Source: an uncultured Ktedonobacteraceae bacterium (lineage in GTDB: Bacteria; Chloroflexota; Ktedonobacteria; Ktedonobacterales; Ktedonobacteraceae). From it: 62,107 nt of DNA. The stretch lies in the NCBI GenBank assembly GCA_964248005.1, contig CAXTWV010000003.1, positions 1-62,107 on the forward strand, written 5' to 3'. Below, in pieces: positions 1 to 8,714 of the stretch (position 1 is the stretch's first letter; each line of letters starts with the position of its first letter). The notes under the pieces were generated by a model. It had not been told where the DNA came from. It did no database searches and saw only the letters and a list, made by a program, of their open reading frames with translations. The position numbers and the translations under genes were made by a program.

Positions 1-770
1 CCTAGACGCTCTTCCAATAACGCACGACACGTTCCCACTTCGGCGGCGACTTCATCAGAAGAAGCAAGATATGCTAGAACAGGATGATGCATTGTGTGTG
101 CTCCGTATGACACCCACCCACTTTCCTCCATCTTCTGGACTTCGGCCCACGTCAATGGTCTATCGCCCTCTTCCTCTACTGTAACGGTTGAGGGAACTGC
201 TAGCATCTGACGATAAGAAATTAGGGACCTTTCACGTTCAGCAACAGATGTTGCGTGGCGCAAAGACGTATCAATGGCTCGTGATAACGCAATACGCTCA
301 TCTACCTGCTTTAAGTGATAAACATTCCCATCCAATGTTACTTCTTCAACTTCGGCGCGGCGAACGAGGCGGCGTCCCTCACCCCACCAGAAATAATCTC
401 CGCTCTCAAGATAGCCAGGAATAAGAAATAATGTCACGGGTACCTGTAGTCGGCAAACGTGCGGAAAAAGGTGCGTATAATTATCATGATAGCCATCATC
501 GAATGTTAGTACTAATGGTGTACGCTTATCCTTTTTTTGAGCCTCTCTGTTTGATGACGTATATAACTCTTGTAGTGCCTCTTCCAAATGCAGTACTCTA
601 TAATGACGGCGTAAGTAGAGCAAGTGACGCCGAATATCGCCTCCTCGCGCACGATGGTAGTTAAGAATAATCAACTGTCGCTTTGTCCGTTGCATAAGCC
701 AACGTGATAAAGCGACTAAGCCAGTATAATAGAGACATGCCGCCACAACTATACCTGCCCGTTTACGCAT
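1..770 (-). CDS. polysaccharide deacetylase (NodB/CE4) family protein, 3' end outside the window
   Basis: Absent from the ORF track because there is no stop in-window. My reverse-strand translation from the ATG at 768-770 gives MRKRAGIVVAACLYYTGLVALSRW (TM anchor), then PLVLTFDDGYHDNY and GAHTMHHP. These are the TFDDG and His motifs of CE4 deacetylases. The + strand ORFs 188-424 and 431-664 are antisense to it. Confidence 0.7.
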   Translation of the reverse strand, partial: MRKRAGIVVAACLYYTGLVALSRWLMQRTKRQLIILNYHRARGGDIRRHLLYLRRHYRVLHLEEALQELYTSSNREAQKKDKRTPLVLTFDDGYHDNYTHLFPHVCRLQVPVTLFLIPGYLESGDYFWWGEGRRLVRRAEVEEVTLDGNVYHLKQVDERIALSRAIDTSLRHATSVAERERSLISYRQMLAVPSTVTVEEEGDRPLTWAEVQKMEESGWVSYGAHTMHHPVLAYLASSDEVAAEVGTCRALLEERL

Positions 771-824
771 ATGTTCTCTCCAAGATTATGGGTATGTAGT
801 ATGTTTTACCCATTTGTTTCACCA

Positions 825-2465
825 CTATTTAGGAACAGCGTGATGTATCACTAATTCAGCCATAATGTACGTCATAAGCTTCTGAATGCTAGGCACGACA
901 ACATCTTTACCAGCACAGGTCTTGTCAAAAATGGCTCGATAATTATCCAGAGCCTTTCCCCAATACATAGAGCCAGATGCGAAAACCATTGCTCCTGAAG
1001 GCGCGATATAATATGTAGTGTTGCTGATATCGTTCACACCACCATCCGCAACTGTATGAGAAGATCCAAGTATATGCAACCCCTTTGGCGAAGACTTATC
1101 CGCATACACACGATCCCATGCGTAACCTACAAGACTACAGCCATAAACTTGTCCATTTTCCAGACCCGTAGGAGTAAGAAAAGAAGGATTCGTATTAGTC
1201 GCTGCTTGCCATGCGAATCCTTGCTGAACGTGAGTAAGGCTTGAATACATCACACCTATTAAAGCGTTTTCTGGTCGTGACAATGCTGGGTCACGCCATC
1301 TACTCGTGACGCGAGTACTATCTATAACGTACTCTGGATCGCGTGTCAGATCGTTCTGGCTGGTCGCTACTTTATAACAGATAACAGTTCTATTCGCTAC
1401 ACCGTGACTATCTGGGCCAAAGCGCATTTGCCAATAACTAACATCTGCTCCTAAGAACGCTAATCCTACGCCTTGATCGCGTGCGTATTTAACACCATCG
1501 CGCATCTCTTTTGTCCAATATTCATCGTGTCCAAGAGAAATATAAGCCTTATGCTTCAATAATTGTGAAGGGGTATTCTGTAAATTCACGTCACTCATAT
1601 ATGAAATATCGTATCCCTGTCGCTCCATCCAGCGGATAGCGTTTGCCTCGAAAACGAGTACTTGACTAGCACCATTTTGCTGTGCATATGGCCTGTCGAA
1701 CGAGACATGTGTTCCTTTTGCTCCTGTATCGGATTCGCTGAATAAATCGTTTCCCTTTGGATATAGACTCGACCCACCCCAATCATTAAATGCTACATTT
1801 GTTGTATCAGGCGTTACCGCAATATATGTTGAGGTGGGGTTACTAGCTAACACATCAAAAGGTACATAGGATTGCATTCCATTTATGTCCGTAAATTTGG
1901 CAAGGTATACGCCTGTTGTCCAATTTGATGGAACTACTAGAGAGTAGGATACTTGCCAATTTGCCTCGATGAGACCTGTTTGTTTATTGATGCTACAGGA
2001 AGTGCAATTCACAAGCTGACGTGTAACTGAATCGTAGTATCCTTGACGATGACCTACCTGCTCACCTAACGAAGTGATAAGTCTTCCACCAAACCCTCCA
2101 TACCACCCCAATCTATACATATCAATCCAGTAATGCGTTCCCTGCATTTGAGTGCTTACATAAAACGATAATGATTTGCCGGGTGATACAGATGTCGCGT
2201 TTGCGTATGCTTGAAGTTGTGTTACTGCGGCTTTATTACCAGGAATTTGCCAGTTGTTCGTCCCCGGCAACGCGTTTTCCCGCACAATTGCATTGCCTGT
2301 TACTTGCTGAACAGAACTACTACCTTTCCCCGTAGCAACCGCGCTCGCACCCCCTGAAAAGTACGAAGGACCAAGAAACACGGCACCTAATGACAGGCCG
2401 ACAGCAAGAAAAAGTGCGCTAGCAAATAGGATGACTCGCGGTTTCACCAGGAACCTCCATACCAT
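825..2465 (-). CDS. secreted/anchored N,N-dimethylformamidase beta-subunit-like (DUF6605-type) protein, function unknown
   Basis: ORF track 825-2531. I place the start at the internal Met (MVWRFLVKPRVILFASALFLAVGLSLGAVFLG, a signal/TM anchor). LGHDEYWTKEMRDGVKYARDQGVGLAFLGADVSYWQMRF resembles, from memory, the conserved core of this family. Confidence 0.6.
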   Translation of the reverse strand: MVWRFLVKPRVILFASALFLAVGLSLGAVFLGPSYFSGGASAVATGKGSSSVQQVTGNAIVRENALPGTNNWQIPGNKAAVTQLQAYANATSVSPGKSLSFYVSTQMQGTHYWIDMYRLGWYGGFGGRLITSLGEQVGHRQGYYDSVTRQLVNCTSCSINKQTGLIEANWQVSYSLVVPSNWTTGVYLAKFTDINGMQSYVPFDVLASNPTSTYIAVTPDTTNVAFNDWGGSSLYPKGNDLFSESDTGAKGTHVSFDRPYAQQNGASQVLVFEANAIRWMERQGYDISYMSDVNLQNTPSQLLKHKAYISLGHDEYWTKEMRDGVKYARDQGVGLAFLGADVSYWQMRFGPDSHGVANRTVICYKVATSQNDLTRDPEYVIDSTRVTSRWRDPALSRPENALIGVMYSSLTHVQQGFAWQAATNTNPSFLTPTGLENGQVYGCSLVGYAWDRVYADKSSPKGLHILGSSHTVADGGVNDISNTTYYIAPSGAMVFASGSMYWGKALDNYRAIFDKTCAGKDVVVPSIQKLMTYIMAELVIHHAVPK

Positions 2466-2916
2466 TATGTAGTACGTTTTCAGGCATAAATATATGTATA
2501 CAAAGACAAAATAAGGAACAGAAGATAGCAATACAAAGTACCCAATGTAGAAAATATCACACTGCCTATGTAAATAAGATGTCTATTCAGGTAGAGATTT
2601 AGTAAAGCAACTCCCTTTGATGTAGAGAAATTCGCATGTATGCGAAACAGCACAAAGAATGTCTTAAGTCATATGAGGTTATGAAAATGGCAAAGGATGT
2701 ACACCAAAGAGCCTTCTTCTCAACGTCATCTCAACATCAGCAACAACCACATTCTCATAGATAAGGGTGTATCTTTATAAAGTATGAGTTTCATGTGAAA
2801 AAGGCTTTGTAAAGAAGACTTGGCTATTTACATCCATAAATGTTACAGAAAGAGACCTTCGCGGGTCTGAGTAGTAGTAGTTCTCAGCATTTCTATTTTT
2901 GAAGGATGGTAATACA

Positions 2917-4389
2917 ATGCAAGGTTGGCTCAACCGTTATACGTTAATCGCCAAACGTTGGATATGGATTATGTTGCTTGGTGTGGTTATTTGTGGAGGT
3001 ACAACCTATGTTATAACAAAGCTTATGCATCCCGTTTACAAGGCTACAGCACTTCTGGTACTTACGACAGCAGCGTCACCATCGGCATATGATAATACGT
3101 CAGCAGTCTTAGAAGCACTCCCCACGTATGCTCAGTTTATTAGTAACCCGGAAATATTGCAGCCTGTTGCTTCACAGCATCATCTCACGGTCAAACAGTT
3201 GAGCGCAATGATTACGGTCAAACCACAGTCGAATACACAAATCATTCAGCTCGATGTTCAAAATAACGACGCGCGTCTTGCCGCACAGTTAGCGAACGAT
3301 ATTGGTGCGAGTTTCGCACAATATACAAATATACAGCTTAACGGCGTCATGCAGGTGAAGGTTCTGCCAGCACTTCCACCAGTAGACGCTGACCATCCAA
3401 AACCCTCATTCGACGCACTTATTGGTGCATTGGTCGGATTGGGCCTTGCGCTAGCAATCATCGTTATATTTGAATGGACCGATGATCGCATGACCCGTCC
3501 AGAAGAAATACAGGAACTTCTTCAGACAGAGACACTCACCACTATTCCTGAGTTATCCGCACAGGAACGATTAAAAAACGCGGAAGAGACACCTGCTCTC
3601 GCCGAAGGATGCCGCATTCTCTGTGCTAATCTGAACAGAGCACAAGCAGAACAGCCGTTTAAGCTCGTCATGGTTACAAGTGCTCTTGCAGGTGAGGGAA
3701 AAAGCACTATCGCGGCTAACCTTGCATCATTTCTGGCAATGACAGGAAAGCGTGTCCTGCTCGTTGACGCAGACCTGCGTCATCCTGTGCTAGATCAGCA
3801 CTTTCAACTGAGCAACAACAGAGGTCTCTCGAATGCTTTTCTCGAAATGTGGGCACGTGTCGAGGTCGAGCTAGAAGGTCAACCTACTGAGCTTCCTTCG
3901 TTGCGTGTTTTAACGGCAGGTGTACTTCCCTCAAATCCATCAGAACTGCTACAGTCACAGCTTGCCCAGCAACTTTTCCAGCATTTCAAAGCGTCGGAGC
4001 ATTTTGACTACATCATTTTCGATACACCACCACTTCTTCCTATTGCAGACGCCCAGATTATCGCGTCGAATGTAGAGGTTGCAATTCTCGTTGTTGATGC
4101 ATCAAAGACCTCACGTAAGATGCTTGTCCGAGCGAAGCACATTTTGGCAAGAACAGGAGTGAGAATACTAGGTGTTGCACTTAACAAGAGCCAATGGTTA
4201 GATGACAATGCTACACGCGAATATCTCGGTGGCATTCAACAATCAAGGCCACGAGCAGACATTTCAATGTCTACACCACCTCAAACACCGCCTATTGAGC
4301 AGACAGAGACCAAGCCTCTTTCTAACGGGAAAGTCGAGGACACAACCATTACAATGTCCCTTCATGGCATAAAGGACTCAGAAAACTAA
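2917..4389 (+). CDS. polysaccharide co-polymerase (Wzz) fused to BY-kinase-like P-loop ATPase
   Basis: ORF 2899-4389; the ATG at 2917 follows AAGGA. Two TM segments (WIWIMLLGVVICGGTTYVI; ALIGALVGLGLALAIIVIF) bracket a Wzz-like loop. Kinase domain has Walker A SALAGEGKST, A' LLVDADLRHP and B YIIFDTPP. Confidence 0.85.
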   Translation: MQGWLNRYTLIAKRWIWIMLLGVVICGGTTYVITKLMHPVYKATALLVLTTAASPSAYDNTSAVLEALPTYAQFISNPEILQPVASQHHLTVKQLSAMITVKPQSNTQIIQLDVQNNDARLAAQLANDIGASFAQYTNIQLNGVMQVKVLPALPPVDADHPKPSFDALIGALVGLGLALAIIVIFEWTDDRMTRPEEIQELLQTETLTTIPELSAQERLKNAEETPALAEGCRILCANLNRAQAEQPFKLVMVTSALAGEGKSTIAANLASFLAMTGKRVLLVDADLRHPVLDQHFQLSNNRGLSNAFLEMWARVEVELEGQPTELPSLRVLTAGVLPSNPSELLQSQLAQQLFQHFKASEHFDYIIFDTPPLLPIADAQIIASNVEVAILVVDASKTSRKMLVRAKHILARTGVRILGVALNKSQWLDDNATREYLGGIQQSRPRADISMSTPPQTPPIEQTETKPLSNGKVEDTTITMSLHGIKDSEN

Positions 4390-4440
4390 TATCACCTGAA
4401 ACATTACTGGTGGGTCATGAGACATTGAAAGGGAGAGTTC

Positions 4441-5742
4441 ATGAAGCAAGAATTACTAAAGAAAATACAATCGCGTTCTCTGCGGGTGGCAGTTATCGGG
4501 CTTGGGTATGTAGGATTGCCACTCGCCACAACATTTGCCGAAGTCGGTTTTGAGGTGACGGGAATTGATGTGGATCAGCAGAAGGTTGATACTGCAAACA
4601 AGGGCGAGAGCTATATTCCTGACATCCCAAGCCATATCTTGCAAACGTTAGTTGAGTCGAAGCATCTGCATTTCACTACGGACTTCTCTGCCTTAGAAGA
4701 CGTTGATGCCATCAGCATCTGTGTTCCAACACCGCTAAGAAAAACACGCGACCCTGATATTTCGTACATTCTTTCGGCAACACAGCATGTACGCGAGCAT
4801 CTCCACAGGGGACAGATGGTCGTTCTGGAAAGCACAACCTATCCAGGCACAACGGATGAGTTGGTCTTACCTGAACTTCTCGCGACTGGTCTTGAAGTGG
4901 GGAAAGACTTTTTCCTGGCATTTTCGCCTGAGCGCATCGACCCAGGCAATGCACATTTTGATACAAACAACACTCCTAAAGTTGTTGGTGGTATTACGGC
5001 GGATTGTACTGAATTAGCACAAGCATTTTATGGTGCAGCAATTAAGCAGATCGTTCCTGTCTCCTCAGCACGTGTAGCTGAGATGACGAAATTACTTGAG
5101 AACACGTTCCGGGCTGTCAATATCGGCCTGGTCAACGAGATTGCGATCATCTGCGAAAAACTCAATATCAATGTATGGGAAGTTATTGATGCAGCCGCCA
5201 CGAAGCCCTTTGGTTTCATGCGCTTCCTTCCTGGTCCTGGTTTAGGTGGACATTGTATTCCTATTGACCCGCACTACCTATCTTGGAAACTGAAAACACT
5301 TGATTATACTGCTCGCTTTATAGAACTTGCCGCAGAGGTTAATAGCAGTATGCCTCACTATGTCGTGAACAAAATAAGTGAGGCACTCAATGAGCAGAGA
5401 ATGAGCTTTAATGGCTCAACGTTATTAGTGCTTGGTGTTGCCTATAAACGCAATGTAGGCGATGTACGAGAGTCACCAGCACTCGATATCATCCAAGAAT
5501 TACAGTTACGCAAAGCAACTGTACTTTATAACGATGAATATGTGCCTTCGCTCACCTTGCCAAACCATACGCTTTACTCACAATCGCTGAGTAAAGAGCT
5601 ATTACAGTCAGTAGACTGTGTAGTGATTATCACTGATCATAATTACTATGACACATCATGGATAGTACAAGAGGCACGTTGTATTGTTGATACACGCAAC
5701 ATGACGCAAGGACATGAGGATACAAAGATTATCCGTTTATGA
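4441..5742 (+). CDS. nucleotide-sugar 6-dehydrogenase, probably UDP-N-acetylhexosamine dehydrogenase (WbpA/WbpO/TviB-like)
   Basis: Rossmann VAVIGLGYVGLPLA. Catalytic Cys region GPGLGGHCIPIDP of the UDP-glucose/GDP-mannose dehydrogenase family. SD GGGAGA lies upstream of the ATG. Confidence 0.85.
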   Translation: MKQELLKKIQSRSLRVAVIGLGYVGLPLATTFAEVGFEVTGIDVDQQKVDTANKGESYIPDIPSHILQTLVESKHLHFTTDFSALEDVDAISICVPTPLRKTRDPDISYILSATQHVREHLHRGQMVVLESTTYPGTTDELVLPELLATGLEVGKDFFLAFSPERIDPGNAHFDTNNTPKVVGGITADCTELAQAFYGAAIKQIVPVSSARVAEMTKLLENTFRAVNIGLVNEIAIICEKLNINVWEVIDAAATKPFGFMRFLPGPGLGGHCIPIDPHYLSWKLKTLDYTARFIELAAEVNSSMPHYVVNKISEALNEQRMSFNGSTLLVLGVAYKRNVGDVRESPALDIIQELQLRKATVLYNDEYVPSLTLPNHTLYSQSLSKELLQSVDCVVIITDHNYYDTSWIVQEARCIVDTRNMTQGHEDTKIIRL

Positions 5743-5798
5743 TCGCCTCTTGCATGTATCCCTGCTTTCTTTTATATATAGAGAATGGTTAAGAAAGA

Positions 5799-8714
5799 AT
5801 GTCTCAGCCCTTGGACACTGGTACGAGCCAGCCCCTTCTTAGTACGACAAGTGCTCATCTTGCAGCAGTGCGCCTAAAATCGGCTAATAAGCAGATTTTT
5901 CGGGCATTGCTTAGTCTTGCCTCCGCGAACCTACTCATACGGGTTATGGGCATGTTTAATCAGGTTGTGGTGGCGGCTCGCTTCGGACAAGGGGCGCAGA
6001 TGGACGCGTATTTTGTTGCTTCTGGCTTACCCGTATTGTTAGCACAATTACTCGCAAGCTCTTTAGAGGCATCAGTGATTCCAATATACGCAAGCTTGAG
6101 CGGAAAAGGGAAGAAAGAGCAGGCTTCCCGTCTCTTTAGTACACTCTTAAATCTTTTGTTCATCAGCATGGTTGTTGTCACCATAGGTATGCTGATCCTA
6201 CATAACCAGCTTGTACTATTTTCAGGACCAGGATTAAAAAGCAGTTCTCTAGCACTCGCGGACAGTTTGACGCCCTATATCTTTCCGGTGCTTATATTTA
6301 TGGTGTTGAACAGCTTTATGGAATGTTTGCTCAACACTGAAGGTCAGTTTGGCTGGCCCGCCTACGCAGGCATCCTGGTTCCGATTACAACAGCGACATT
6401 AGTAGTGCTTGCAGGCAAATCACATGGAGTTCTGATCCTTTGTATTGGAACTCTACTTGGTCAAGTATTCCAACTGCTCGTCATTATTTTCCGCGCACGC
6501 AAAGCCAAATTTGTCTATAAACCGATACTAGACCTGCGTAGCCCGGAGCTAGCTGCTATTGGTATTGTTGCCTGGCCCGCGCTGTTTAGTGGGTTGATTA
6601 GTCAGGCCAGTCCTTTCGTAGACCAAATCTTTGCATCCACACTGAGCGTTGGTAGTATTGCAGTGCTGAATAACGCCCTCAAGCTGATTAGTGTGCCAAT
6701 TGGAGTTATCTTCGCGTCTGTTGGGCGTGCAGCACTTCCTTATCTTGCAAGACAAGCAGCCATTAAGGACATGCGAGCGTTCAAGGAGACGTTGCGTCTC
6801 TATCTCTGGGCTGTCGGTATTAGCACAATAGCACTTACGGCAGGAATGATTATCTTTGCCCATTTAATTGTGGAAATTATTTTTGAGCATGGAGCATTCA
6901 CAGAAGGAGACACGAATCGAACAGCGATAACAGTCATCGGTTTCGCTATTGGTCTCACTCCAATGTCATTCGGTTTCATTACCTCACGTGCATTTAGCGC
7001 ATTGAAGAAAACGCGTGTCTTGCTTTATGTAACAGTCTTTAGTGTTATCGCTAACGCAGTATTTGATTACATCTTTGGTAAACTTTGGCAGAGCTTTGGT
7101 ATTGCACTTTCAACATCAGCGGTCTACGCTTGCACGATGTTTATTTTGCTCTTCACATTGCGTAGCTCAATCGGTAAATTGTACCTATTTACTCCACCTC
7201 GCGAGGTGTTAAATGTCATCTGGCGACTCGGATTAGGACAATATTATATGGATTGGATCAACTGGAAGAATCAAAACTTTAACGGCACAAGACTTCCATA
7301 TAATTTGCGGAAAAAGATTACACGTGCGAGTATTGTGTGTGTTGTCTTTATTGCTGGAATCACAATGACTGTGATCAACTCGCTCTATGCGCTTCGCATC
7401 GCGCTAGGCTCACTTGTCGTCCTTGCATTGCTCCGTTATAAGTACGCCCTTTTGATTGTTTGGGTCGCAGTTGACGCGCTTATCGGCTCCACTATTACCA
7501 TCTTTAGCGGCAATAATCTGCTTTCGGGGCTAACAGTACCGACACTTTTGCTTATGTTCGTGATGCCAGTCAAAGCATCGTTCAAGCAAATGCCGATTTT
7601 ACCCTTCCTCTTTGCCTATTTCATGTGGGTTTTTGCCAGTATCGGTATCTCTGCTATTGGTGTTGGGCAATTTCTCACTTACTGGTTAGTGTACTTGGAC
7701 TATGTGGCAGTCTGCGTACTAATCATCAACTTGCTCACCACACGTAAAAGATTTATGGGTTTAATCGACTCAATAATGATCCTTTCGCTGTTTATCTCGT
7801 TCTATGGTATCTATGGCTTCTTTACAAAACAGAATGGACTCTATGATACAAATATTGCGTCACTGTACCGTATTGGTTCCGTCTTTGCGGCTCCTCCAAC
7901 ACTTGCGTTCTTTTTGTCGATGATCATTCCTCTTGCCATATATCGCACAATTACTTTACAGGGCTGGAAACGTATTATTGGCATATTTTACACACTTGTA
8001 TTTCTAGCAGCACTTGGTTTGACCTTCACACGAGGAGCAATTATCAGCGTTCCTCTCAGCATTATCGTCATGATTCTTTTCCTGCCTTCGCGCAAGTTGA
8101 AGATTGGTATGTTGAGTGGTATCAGTGTTGCAGCAATTGCGGTAGTGCTTCTGGCACTCTTCAGCAATTTACCTATCTTTAGTCGTTTCCTCAATGGAGA
8201 TATAACAACACTCAATGGACGCACATATCTTTGGCAGGCACTCCTCGACCATTTTGACCCAACGCAGCTTCTCGGTCAAGGATTGACGGCTTCCGATGTT
8301 TTGCTAACTAACTTACAGGTTGGTGTGGGGCGCGGTGTGATCGGTACAGCACCACATAACATCTTTCTCGGAACCCTCTACGATCATGGCATTATAGGCG
8401 TTACCCTCCTCTCACTGGTCCTGCTAGCAATTCCAATAACGTTGCTTAGACGTATGCGTGGAGCGACGGCGGAACATCGTCTTATTCTTGCTGCCGCACT
8501 TGCCGCGTTCATTAGCATCTTTATCCAATCGTTAGAGGTTACGGTCGTCTGGAATCAGCAGGTTGGTGTCTATGTGTGGATGATTTTGTCGCTCCCCTTC
8601 GCGCTCTACTGGAAAACGGCTCGCACAACCAGCAAGGAAGACAGGGCAGAGATAGTGATCACAAATCAGGAAGCAATACAAGCGGTGGAAGAGGAGCAAC
8701 TCGTTCATGCCTAA
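5799..8714 (+). CDS. fusion protein: MurJ/MviN-type (MOP superfamily) flippase plus O-antigen polymerase/ligase (Wzy_C-like) domain
   Basis: Single 971-aa ORF. The N-terminal ~480 aa is polytopic with the MurJ-like start LLIRVMGMFNQVVVAARFGQGAQMDAYFVASGLPVLL. The C-terminal ~450 aa is polytopic with LTFTRGAIISVPLSII and APHNIFLGTLYDHGIIGVTLL, typical of Wzy_C/O-antigen ligase proteins. Confidence 0.8.
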   Translation: MSQPLDTGTSQPLLSTTSAHLAAVRLKSANKQIFRALLSLASANLLIRVMGMFNQVVVAARFGQGAQMDAYFVASGLPVLLAQLLASSLEASVIPIYASLSGKGKKEQASRLFSTLLNLLFISMVVVTIGMLILHNQLVLFSGPGLKSSSLALADSLTPYIFPVLIFMVLNSFMECLLNTEGQFGWPAYAGILVPITTATLVVLAGKSHGVLILCIGTLLGQVFQLLVIIFRARKAKFVYKPILDLRSPELAAIGIVAWPALFSGLISQASPFVDQIFASTLSVGSIAVLNNALKLISVPIGVIFASVGRAALPYLARQAAIKDMRAFKETLRLYLWAVGISTIALTAGMIIFAHLIVEIIFEHGAFTEGDTNRTAITVIGFAIGLTPMSFGFITSRAFSALKKTRVLLYVTVFSVIANAVFDYIFGKLWQSFGIALSTSAVYACTMFILLFTLRSSIGKLYLFTPPREVLNVIWRLGLGQYYMDWINWKNQNFNGTRLPYNLRKKITRASIVCVVFIAGITMTVINSLYALRIALGSLVVLALLRYKYALLIVWVAVDALIGSTITIFSGNNLLSGLTVPTLLLMFVMPVKASFKQMPILPFLFAYFMWVFASIGISAIGVGQFLTYWLVYLDYVAVCVLIINLLTTRKRFMGLIDSIMILSLFISFYGIYGFFTKQNGLYDTNIASLYRIGSVFAAPPTLAFFLSMIIPLAIYRTITLQGWKRIIGIFYTLVFLAALGLTFTRGAIISVPLSIIVMILFLPSRKLKIGMLSGISVAAIAVVLLALFSNLPIFSRFLNGDITTLNGRTYLWQALLDHFDPTQLLGQGLTASDVLLTNLQVGVGRGVIGTAPHNIFLGTLYDHGIIGVTLLSLVLLAIPITLLRRMRGATAEHRLILAAALAAFISIFIQSLEVTVVWNQQVGVYVWMILSLPFALYWKTARTTSKEDRAEIVITNQEAIQAVEEEQLVHA

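Noticed and set aside
188-664. Two + strand ORFs (78 and 77 aa) at the left edge
   Set aside because: The opposite strand encodes a clear CE4 deacetylase across this whole span. These frames have no recognisable motifs.
2466-2531. Longer N-terminus of the DMFase-like protein (MLSSVPYFVFVYIYLCLKTYYI)
   Set aside because: The extension is AT-rich and aromatic, placed before an otherwise canonical signal anchor that starts at the internal Met. It is likely non-coding.
2466-2916. c-di-GMP (GEMM-type) riboswitch or structured leader in the 450-bp AT-rich region upstream of the Wzz/kinase gene
   Set aside because: Only a short 7-bp inverted repeat (TTCGCAT gt ATGCGAA, 2631-2646) was seen. None of the conserved GEMM sequence blocks is present.
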